From NCBI GenBank assembly GCA_010093605.1, contig MU004189.1, positions 1,975,153-1,995,152 of the forward strand: a DNA stretch of 20,000 bases, in the 5' to 3' direction. This document shows positions 10,300 through 20,000 of this stretch, piece after piece. Source of the DNA: Lophium mytilinum (taxonomy: Eukaryota). The position numbers and the translations under genes are program-made. The notes beneath the pieces are model-generated. The model was not told the DNA's origin. It did no database searches and saw nothing but the letters and a program-made list of their open reading frames with translations. Position 1 is the first letter of the stretch; each line of letters starts with the position of its first letter.

Positions 10300-12349
10300 A
10301 GCCTTCTTATAGACTATAGATAATACTTAGCGCGCTAACACCTAGCGTGCTAATGCCTAGCGCGCTAATACCTAGCGCCCTAAACGCTTAGTAGATAATT
10401 AAGTTAATACTACTAGAACCTTAAACTAAAACATTACTAATAAGCTTAACCTAGACTATAACTCTAATAATAAAGGCAGCTTTATAACGCCTAGCGCTAA
10501 TATATTAGGTAAGCGCACTATCTAATTTATTATAGAAGATAATATATATAAGCCTCTAATATAAAAAGATAGTAAGCTGCACCCTATACATTACTAAGTA
10601 TTTATAGTAGACTAATAAGCCTCTATCTTAGTTATATATTATAAGACTAAATAGATTCTAGATACTAAACCTAAGTATATAGATATTCTAGAGAAACTAT
10701 AAGAAACTAATCTATAGCGCTATATATAGCTACTAGTCTAGCTTCTTAACTATTATAGTAATAGTACTATAACTATTAATACTATAGTTACTAATAAGAC
10801 TAAGTTTACTATAGCAGTAAATAAGAATAACCTAGTATAGTAGAAATTCTTCTAGAAGCTCTATATAGAGTATAAAGTAGGCTTTAAAGAAGCTAATAAT
10901 AAAGATAAGCTCTATAATAAACTTTAGAATAAATACTAAAAGTATAAATAGAATACTGCTAATAATACTACTATAGTAGAATAAGAACTAAAGGCCTATT
11001 ATACTAAGTAGCTCTAGCAAGTTATAATTAGTTAATAGGCTAACCTTAAGCTTAACTAGATGCGCCTACGCTATAATTACTAGTGTAGTAAGTACTAGAC
11101 CCTTAAAGAGATATATAAGAAGCTTACTACTTATATTAAGAAGCTTAAATAATAGCTTTATTAGTAGAGCCTATAGCCCTTAAACCCTAATTATAACTCT
11201 AATAATAATAATAGTACTTATTCTCCTACGCCTATAGTTCTACTTTGCTATTATTCTATTAGCTAGCCCCTGCAGTTTAAACCTATTAAGAGTAAGTCCG
11301 CCACTCTATTTACGCCTATTTAGAATCTTAGCGCATATATAGTAATATCTTATTACCCTAATCTAGATAAGTTTAGTAGTAGTAATAAGAATAAGCTATT
11401 CTACTAGTAATAGCGCATATAGATACTTAGTAAGCTAGATATCTACGCACTACTATACGCTACCGCGCATTATTATATAATATATATTTATAATAGGCTT
11501 AAGAGAAAAGCCTTTAATATAATCTTCTATTGCGCTAAACCTAATAGTAATAAGCTATACCTCTCTATAGAAAAACTAATTAATAATCTAGATAAGGTCT
11601 ATAGACCTTTTAATAAGGCGGCTAATATATATACTAATTTATATAATAGTAAGTTTATATAAAAGAAAGATAAGCGGGTTATAACTTAGGTAGGGCGCTT
11701 TAATACTAGTATAGCTTTCCTCTACTTTAAAGACCCTAAGAAGATCTACTATATATAATATAATCTTGCTAATAGCCTTAAGTATAAGGTAGCTAATAGA
11801 TAAGATACTAATATAATAACCTTTATTACGTTTCTATAAACCTTAGAATTCTAGCTTAATATTATTAAGCTAAATAGGGATAACTATAAGAATAAGAATA
11901 AGAACGCCCCTAAGTCTACGCGTAATACCTATAAAGCTACCGGTGCTAGATCTACCTCTACTATACCTCGCCGCCTGCTACTTACTAACGCGGAGCATAT
12001 ATCTAAAAATAATACTAGTAACGCTACTTTAAGTACTAGTGTAAATAACTTACTAGGGCCTTTTAGTTATAATTACCGCACTATTACTTATCTTAAGTAG
12101 CTAGGTTACTACTAGAACTATCTTAAATATAGATATATAGCTAATAGCAACGCCCTATATATTAGCTAATAGCTAGTTCTAATCTATAAGGTTAGCGGCC
12201 TTATAAATAAGATTAGCCTCACTAGTATTAACATTAATATTAGCGCTATAAATACTAGCTCTACCTATAATAAGATAATAGAAAATACTTAGTTTTTAGT
12301 AATAGTTACTACTAAGAACCCCTAATAGTCTTTAATAATAAGAAACTAA
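10300..12349 (+). pseudogene. gag relic (start not determined, at or upstream of 10300)
   Basis: One frame carries a 15-bp repeat at 10322-10390, a capsid-like segment near 11582-11700 (LDKVYRPFNKAAN...VGRF) and a degenerate Cx2Cx4H knuckle near 12110-12160. It ends AGA AAC TAA at 12341-12349. Confidence 0.65.
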
Positions 12350-15300
12350 AAGCAATTATAGATAGAATTGCTATTTTAGAATAAGAAATTAAGCTAGTTA
12401 TAGTATATATATCTACTCTTATACTCTAGCTAGTTAATAGTAAATAATTTAGCTTTTTAGGTAGCATCCTCTAATCTAATTTATTTACTACTAAAATTCT
12501 TTCTAATATAGAATTAGGCTCTTAATTTCTTTATTTAAAGACCGCGCGCCTTTATAAGATACCTACTTAACTCTTTTTATAACCTGTTATTCTTAAGCTT
12601 ATAAATAGTAAGCCCTCTATTATATTAGACCGCGCTATAGATATTACCTTCTATATAGGTAACTACTATAATATAGTTACTTACTATATTACTAATACTA
12701 GATAATATAATATAATTTTAGATATACTCTAGCTATAGCTTTATAACCCTACTATTAGCTTTAGAAAGATACAACTTATCTTCTAATCTAACTACTATAT
12801 ATCTAACTACCTATAGTATAGTAGGCTAGTTATTATAAAGAGCCTTATCTATTTAAAATATATTAAAATTAAACTATACTAGAACCTAGGCGATTTCTAT
12901 AGCTCTTAATATAACCCTAACTCTAACCCTAACTCTAACTCTAACCCTAATTCTAACCTTAGCCCTATTATTAAAGGGCCTAATAATACTAAAGACTCCC
13001 CTTAGCTTAACTATAATAGGAAACCTCTTCCTTCTAAACTAGTTCTACCGGATAAACTACCTAAATATAATATTTAGTTTATCTCTATATACGCCTGTTC
13101 TACTATAGTAAAATAAGATAAGAACGCGGTAATAACTATTACTTTATAAGACTTTAAGTAATTAGACTAACTAGATAAAATAGATAAGTAATACGCCTAC
13201 GGGCGCTAGATAGTAAACCTTATAGGCGTTACTATAGAAGATTACTATTAATTTAAGAAGAAGATAACTAAATTACCTTATACTAAAGATTAGCTATAGT
13301 AGAAAGTTCTACTTTTCTTCTATTAGATTCTAGACGCTTTTAATCTATAAGCAGCTAATAAACTACTACTATATAGGCATAGTATAGACTATACTATTAA
13401 CTTTAAGAATCTAAATATAAAACCCCCTATTCTGCGCTAATATAGCCTCTCTTATAATAAGCTATATACTATTAAAGCCTATATTAATAAAATACTTAGA
13501 AAGAGCTTTATTTACCCTAGCACATTACTATTTACGGCGCCCGTTATTATTATCTATAAGCTAGGTAAAGAACTCTATATCTATATTAATTACTACTTAC
13601 TAAATAAAATTATAATTAAGAATAGAAATATATCTTTTTTCTTATATAATATAATTATACAGCTTTATAAAGCTAAGATATACTCTATCTTTAATATTAT
13701 TACCGCATTTAATAATATCCGCGTTAAGAATAGTAACTAGTATAAAATAGCCTTCCGCACTTAATACAGCGTCTTTAAATTTAATATTATGCCCTTTAGC
13801 CTATATAATGCTCCCGGTATATTTTAATTATTTATTAATTCTATACTATATCTATACCTAGATATCTACTATATAGCTTATATAGATAACGTTCTTATCT
13901 ATAATAATAATAAAGAAGATTATAAAAAGAACTATATAAACGTTCTTATAGTACTATATAATATAGGACTCTTTCTTAATATTAATAAGTGTTATTTCTT
14001 AGTTAAATGCGTAAAGTATCTTAGACTTATTATTACGCCTAATAGCATAGAAATAGACCTAACTAAGGTTAGCGCTATTTAAGACTAGAAGCTGCCCCGT
14101 AATATTAAGAATATTTAATTATTCCTTAGCTTTTATAATTTCTATTAGTAATTTATTACTAGTTATTTATAGATTGCCGCCCTACTAACTAAGCTTACTA
14201 AGAAAATAATAGAATAAGGTAACTTTCCCTTACTTACTAATAGTCTAGTAGTATAAGCCTTTAAGAAGCTTAAAGCCTTATTTCTATCTATACTAGTTCT
14301 AGCCTACTTTAATCTAGATCTAGACTATATACTAGAGACTAACACCTTAAATTATATTATAGCCGCAATCCTCTCTTAATAAGGCCCGGATAGAATCCTC
14401 CGCCCTATTGCCTTTCTATCTAAGAAGATAACTCTAGCGGAATACAACTATAAGATATATAATAAAGAGTTACTTACTATTATCCGCGCCTTTAAAGAAT
14501 AGCGCCCTAAACTTACTAGTATTATTAACCCTATACTTATATAAATAGACTATAAAAACCTAGAATACTTTATATCTTCTAAATAGTTAAATTGCTAATA
14601 AGCCCGTTAGGCTAAATATCTTTCTTAATTTAACTTTATTCTAAACTAGCAACTAGGCAAGCAGTTAACTAAGCCTAATAGCCTTACTTATAGGCCTAGC
14701 AATATTCTAGATAATCTAAATAACTCTAGAACTATGTATTAAATATAGATAGTATTAAAGAAGAGAAACCTACTAGAAAAAATATACTAAGCTCTATAGC
14801 TTGCTAGCATGCTCCTTAATAAATAGAAAGTATCTATTATCTAGCTTACTAAGCTAATATATAAAGTTATAGAGTAACACCCTATAAATATTCTATATAT
14901 TATTCTAGTAGCTAATAGAATAAGAGAAATAAAGAAACACTTAACTAAGATTGCAGCTAATTATAGTAAGTTAGATAAAGATCTATAGAATACTACCCCT
15001 AATATTATTATATCTACTATGCCTTAACCTACGCCTACGCCTACAGCTACTAATAATCTATCTAGTAAAGGAGCGCCGGAAGTATCTAAACCTAGTAATA
15101 AGTTAGATAAGGACTTACTAGGGAACTATACTAATAACGCTACTATCTAGTAGATTAATTAAGCCTATATAGAGGATAACATCCTCTAGCATATTATATA
15201 TACTAAGAAAACTAGTAAATAATATATTCTACTTAAACTTATTTAGAAATAAGGTATTAAAATTAAGCTTAGTAATTATAAAATCTATAAAAATAGACTA

Positions 15301-17150
15301 TTTATTAACAGCCGCCTATATATTCTATATAACGTAAAGCTCTATACGCAATTAATTAAGGAAGCCTATAACTCTCTCCTAAAAGGCTACGCTAGAAGAA
15401 ACTCCCTCTACTATTGCCTCTTCTTCTAGTACTACTAGCTAGGTATTATAAACTCTATTACTATATATATTAACGCCTATTTAATATATAGATATACTAA
15501 GGTCTATAAAAATAGTAAATATAGCTTACTTAAGCTACTACCTATTCTAAATTAATACTAGATAGATATCTCTATTAACTTTATTACTAAGCTACCCTCT
15601 TATACTATTAAGGGCTATACATACTAATATATTATAGTAGTTATTAACTAACTATCTAAAAAGCGTAAGTTTATCCCCCTAGACTCTATAGAGCTAGAGA
15701 ATATTACGTAAGCCTTTATTAACTAGATCTAGCGTAAGGAAGGCTATCTAGACTATATTATATCTAACTATAGCGCGTAGTTTATATTCTTCTTTTAGAA
15801 GCACCTCTATAAGTATATAGAAATATACTTAAAGCTATCTACTATAGCCTATCTAGAAATAGATAGATAAACTAAAATTATTAATATAGGTTTAAAGTAA
15901 TACCTACGCGCGTATATCTACTACCTATAGAATAACTAGGTAAATCTAATTATATTTACTAAATTTAAGGCTAACACTAATATTAATTAGTCTACTAGCG
16001 TGTTACTATTTAAAGCTACTAAGGGCTATACACCCTATAGTAGCTTAGAGCCGTTATTTTAAGATATTATTATTCTAGGCCCTAAGCGCTAAGGAGTTAA
16101 CGCAGCTAAGAAACTTATTACGCGTATTTATAATCTATAAGAGTTCCTTAAAGAAGAACTCTATTAGAATTAGTCTAAGATAAAGGAGCTAGCTAATTAA
16201 AATTAGCTGCCCGCCTTTAAGTTTAAAGTTAATAATATAGTTATACTAAATACTAAGAATATTTATACTATATAACTAAGTAAGTCCCTTAACTATAAGA
16301 ACCTTAGTCCCTTCTATATAATATAAGTTATTAATAATATAGCCTATAAGCTAGAACTTTCTAAGTCTATAAAGGGAATCTTTCTAGTATTCTACCCCTA
16401 GCTACTTTATTAAATTAATAAGACGCCTCTTCTAGAATAATATCTAGAACCCCTACCTACGCTTAAGATAGAAGAAGATAGCTTTATAGGTTAGTTCTAT
16501 ATTAATAAAGTCCTTAACTTCTAGTTTAATAGCCGCTAACTAAATCTATATATAGGTAAGAAGCCTTACTTAGTCTATAAGATAGCCTAGACTAGATATA
16601 ATAATACCTAGCCTAAATAGAAGCCCTATTAGAACGCTAATAGATGTAATAAACTCCTTATAGAATACTACGCAAAATATAGTCTTAAAGTAGAACCTTA
16701 TCTAATATTTAGCACGTCTAAATAGAAGGTCGCGAAAATAATAGGTAAAAGTATAAGCGCTACTACAGCAATAGTAGGCCTATAGAATATTCTTAGCACT
16801 AGCCTAAGTAAGTATAAATAGTAACCTTATTAGGTAGCTAAGTTATCTTATAAGAAGGCTATTCTATATAGGTAACCTAAAGTAGAACTCTAATAGGTAG
16901 AAGCTAATAATAAGCCTTAGGTTAATTTATATAGCCCGCTTATAGCGCTTAAGAATAAATATAAGAATAAATATAAGAATAAAAATAATAGAAATAATAG
17001 AAATAATAGAGATAATAGAAATAATAGATATAGTAAGACTATAGATAATAGTAAGTATATATATAGTAAGGCTGCATAAGTAGCTTAATAGAAACGGGAT
17101 AGAAAGAATAGAGAAGCTATAATATATTATAAGCCTTATAGAACTTTAGC
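12346..17150 (+). pseudogene. pol relic: protease, reverse transcriptase, RNase H, integrase, chromodomain
   Basis: All in one frame: PR AAT ATA GAA (from DTG) 12505-12513; RT MPFSLYNAP 13789 and YIDN (from YxDD) 13879-13890; [24 protein letters not shown] 14401; IN ISINFITKLP 15568, IISN ending 15768 and TK ending 15876 giving D-x35-E spacing; SPF (from GPF) 16306; chromodomain 16498-16680. The 3' end is uncertain. Confidence 0.92.
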
Positions 17151-17154
17151 TTTT

Positions 17155-17168
17155 AAAGAGGGGGGTAG
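17155..17168 (+). promoter_or_regulatory. Polypurine tract
   Basis: AAAGAGGGGGGTAG immediately before the 3' LTR. Confidence 0.9.
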
Positions 17169-17390
17169 TATTATAGTATAAACCTAGAATTATAGTAATT
17201 ATATACTAAGGTTATATGCAGCCCCTTATATAACCTAAGTAAAACGCTAGCCTAAGGCGCTAGGCCGCGGCCTATACACCGGCGTTAAACTATAACCTCT
17301 TAAGAGCTCCTAGCTCTCTCTCTCCTTCTTAGCTTAGATTTTTATAATAGTTAATATACCTTATTACTTATATTATATTAGCCCCCTATA
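17169..17390 (+). repeat. 3' LTR (222 bp)
   Basis: Direct repeat of 9657-9878, followed by the TSD CTATA. Confidence 0.96.
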
Positions 17391-17395
17391 CTATA

Positions 17396-17915
17396 GATAT
17401 ATATATAGCTCTTCTTCTCTCTACTACTTAGGCTATAGAGTTATTACTAGCCTATATTTATATTTTAGCCTTTAATACTACTATAGCTATAGTATACTCT
17501 TTTCTCTAGCTAACTATTACTAGCGTACTATTCTTATAGCTTAAGCCTAGTATATATAGAGAAAGACGCTAATATACTTAAGTTCTTCTTCTTCTAGAAG
17601 GTTAGAGTAATTATAAATGCGGGTATAAAGTAGTAGTAGTAGTATACTATATAAGTTATTATTAATTAGATATAGAATATTAATTTTCTTTAGTAGATAT
17701 AGAATAGATTCTTAAAGATATACTATATAGCTCTAGCTCTAGAGCTATTAAATAGAATAGTAATATAGTTTATAAGAGAGCTATATAACTTTAAGAATCT
17801 ATATAGATAGAAGAAGGCCGTGTTAAAGGCACTAACTATACTAGAAGAAGGCGGAGTAGATTAGAACGGGCGTAGAATATATAAAGGAGTTAGAATGCAG
17901 TTAGATATTAAATAG
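17396..17915 (+). pseudogene. 3' part of the interrupted RIP-inactivated gene that begins at 8109
   Basis: Frame continues exactly after removing the element and one TSD copy. A P/Q-rich tract is followed by SLSLV..EKDANILKFFFF*K (read as SSSPV..EEDADMLEFF..WK) and ..FIRELYNFKNLYR. The true stop is uncertain. Confidence 0.55.
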
Positions 17916-17971
17916 CTAGTTAAATAGAGTAATTAGTATTATTCTATATTATTATAGTTTTATATATATTA

Positions 17972-18318
17972 TATATAGCCTATATAGCCTTACTATTTAA
18001 TATATAGTCTATATAGCCTTTCTATTTTAAATTAGAGGCTATTTATAAAGTAAGGCTTAAGTATTAGTGCGGGCAAAATATAAAAATATATCTTAATATT
18101 TTATAGCTTAAGTATTAGTAGTAAGAATCTTAATCTAATATTTTAAGGCTTAAGTATTAGTAGTAAGAATCTTATTTTAAGGCTTAAGTATTAGCGCAGG
18201 GTAAATTTCCTCTATGCTAATACTTAAGCCTTAAAATATTAAAATAAGATTCTTACTACTAATACTTAAGCCTTAGGTTAGATTATATATAGAGTATAAA
18301 ATAGAAAGGCTATATAGA
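17972..18318. repeat. Palindromic repeat island (foldback/MITE-like)
   Basis: Perfect 22-bp inverted repeat at 18008-18029 / 18297-18318. The 17-mer TAAGGCTTAAGTATTAG occurs forward at 18051, 18102 (variant), 18144 and 18178 and inverted at 18217 and 18259. A nearly loop-less hairpin is centred at 18205/18206. A 29-bp tandem pair lies at 17972-18029. Confidence 0.85.
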
Positions 18319-18385
18319 AATATAATCTATTACTTTATTATATCTTAGTAAATATAAGTCTAAATTATATAAATAGATAGCTAAA

Positions 18386-19405
18386 TTACGCATCTAGATA
18401 TATATATTTACATCCGCGTACTAGATATATAGAAATATTAATTAGTAGTAATAATCTTTTAAAGTTATAGTTATAGTTTCTAAATGCATAGTTAAATAGG
18501 CTTAATTCTCTACTTCTTTCTTCTAGTATAACTAGCCCTAGGCTTTAGAGCCTACTTAAACGCTACTATATCTTCTATAGTATTAATCTAAGTATAGTAC
18601 TTACTTTTAACTCTATATATACTATATTTACTATCTAGATTATTATTAGTATAGAAATTAATATTATACTAATAATAGCCCCTAGTAAGTATATTCTAGG
18701 TATACTCTAGGTATATACTATAGGCTAGGCCTACCTAATTTTAGCTATATTAGCTATTAATAAGCTCTATATAAATAAGCTTAGTATAGTAAAAGCGCTC
18801 TTAAAGGGCTATAGTAATAGTAGAGAAGCTAAAAGTAGTAGTAAGATTATTAGTATACTAAGAAAGAGTTAGTAGATCTAGAATAATAGTAATAGTAAAA
18901 AGAGAGAGTAGGTAGTAAGCGCGGCGCTTTCTATATAAATAGATTAGCTAGATTCTTAAGCTACTATACTAGAAATTATATATAGTAGAGGGGGATTAAT
19001 TCTCTTTTCTTTATTTTTATTCTTATTCTTATTTTTATCTTTATTCTTTTTCTAGTTAAATATATTATAGATATCTCTACTAATAGTAAGAGTAGAAAGG
19101 GGGTATATAGATCTACTATATACTATATAAAGCCTCTAAGGGCTAGAATTCTCTAGACTCTTACTAGAGAAAGCTTCTAGTACCTTATCTTTAGCTTAAA
19201 CACCTATTATCTTCTTTTTAGTAAAAAGCGGCCTAGCCGCTACTATCTATATTACTAGAGAATCTAGGTAAATCTAAACTCTAAGGGGCCTAAAGAGGTA
19301 TATAGTAAGAGGTAGAAAGAAAAAGAGCTCTATAAAAATATTATTAATTAGGCTAAAGATAAAGCTCTAATTACTAGTATTATTAGCTATAGTATTATTA
19401 GCTAT
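18386..19405 (-). pseudogene. Probable RIP-inactivated ORF of unknown function (~340 codons)
   Basis: One frame reads as an acidic tract (AAG AAT AAA GAT.. from E/D codons, about 19005-19050), a Pro/Ser-rich region and a possibly Cys-rich tail (..VRGCNNI). Boundaries are inferred. Confidence 0.35.
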
Positions 19406-20000
19406 AGTATTATAGAGATAGTAATTAATAGTATATAGATATTAGGAATTTCTAAATTAAGAAATGTGTAGAGAATACTAGTTACTTATATAATCTTCTA
19501 GAAAACTATATATTTTACTACTCTATAGGCTTTATACTACTCTATAAAAGTTTACCTACTTTTTATATAAAATTTACGCGTAGGCTGTATAGATAATTCT
19601 TAATTATAGATAATCTAGTATTATAGGTAATTATTATAGTTAATAACTACTTTATAGTTCTTATAAATATAGCTATCTACCTCCTCTATCTAATCTTCTA
19701 AAACTGCCTAATCCGCCTAGGTTATAGATAGATAGATAATAATATAGATAGGGCCTTATATACTAAATATATAATTATTACATGCAGTAGGAAATTTAAA
19801 GTTGCACTAGTATATCTAGTTATTTCTTCTTACTACCTCTACTAGGGCTTTATAGTCTATAGTAACTTTATATATATTATAGACTTTATATATTATATAA
19901 ATAGTAATATCTATATATATTTCTAAGAATTATATAACTATTACTAATCTTAATAATTTTAATATTCTAGTAGACTATTAGAGCTAGTAATACGTACGCT

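Larger units (their letters stand above)
9657..17390 (+). mobile_element. Full-length RIP-inactivated Ty3/Gypsy LTR retrotransposon (chromovirus), 7,734 bp
   Basis: Two 222-bp LTRs, 5-bp TSD CTATA (9652-9656 and 17391-17395), PPT before the 3' LTR, and gag then PR-RT-RH-IN-chromodomain order. Confidence 0.96.
8030..20000. repeat. AT-rich RIP-mutated repeat block
   Basis: Abrupt loss of CpA/TpG and excess of TpA from about 8030. The ORF track lists no ORFs beyond 8046. Recognisable TE motifs carry only C>T/G>A changes. Confidence 0.95.

Noticed and set aside
12912..12960. True telomere remnant or chromosome fusion scar
   Set aside because: Short, degenerate and in frame within pol; RIP of a GAC-based coding repeat explains it.
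18051..18275. CRISPR-like repeat array
   Set aside because: Eukaryotic context, irregular spacing, spacers that repeat one another, mixed orientation and no cas genes.
17660..18680. Larger inverted duplication flanking the palindrome
   Set aside because: Matches outside 18008-18318 are short and AT-rich, and the two sides translate to unrelated relic ORFs.
8030..20000. Mitochondrial insertion or AT-rich contaminant
   Set aside because: The TpA excess, CpA/TpG loss and transition-only decay of retroelement motifs indicate nuclear RIP.

Overview
Filamentous ascomycete genomic DNA with a sharp two-compartment structure. Bases 1-~8030 are GC-balanced and gene-dense. They hold the 3' end of an MDR-family oxidoreductase, an intronless YycE-like VOC/glyoxalase, an M20 amidohydrolase divergently paired with a Dal5-like MFS permease, an F-box-like/DUF7730-type protein, and a six-exon secreted CE1/FaeC-like esterase. 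Bases ~8030-20000 are AT-rich, TpA-saturated, RIP-mutated DNA with no open ORFs. This block contains a complete 7,734-bp Ty3/Gypsy chromovirus (9657-17390) with 222-bp LTRs, a CTATA target-site duplication, a PPT and a Tf1/sushi-type self-priming signal. The chromovirus is nested inside an older RIP-killed gene whose reading frame rejoins exactly when the element is removed. That gene converges on a second relic ORF across a ~350-bp palindromic repeat island (17972-18318). The host multi-ORF repeat shows no recognisable transposase in this window and is the least explained feature. All de-RIP translations were done by eye and are inferences.
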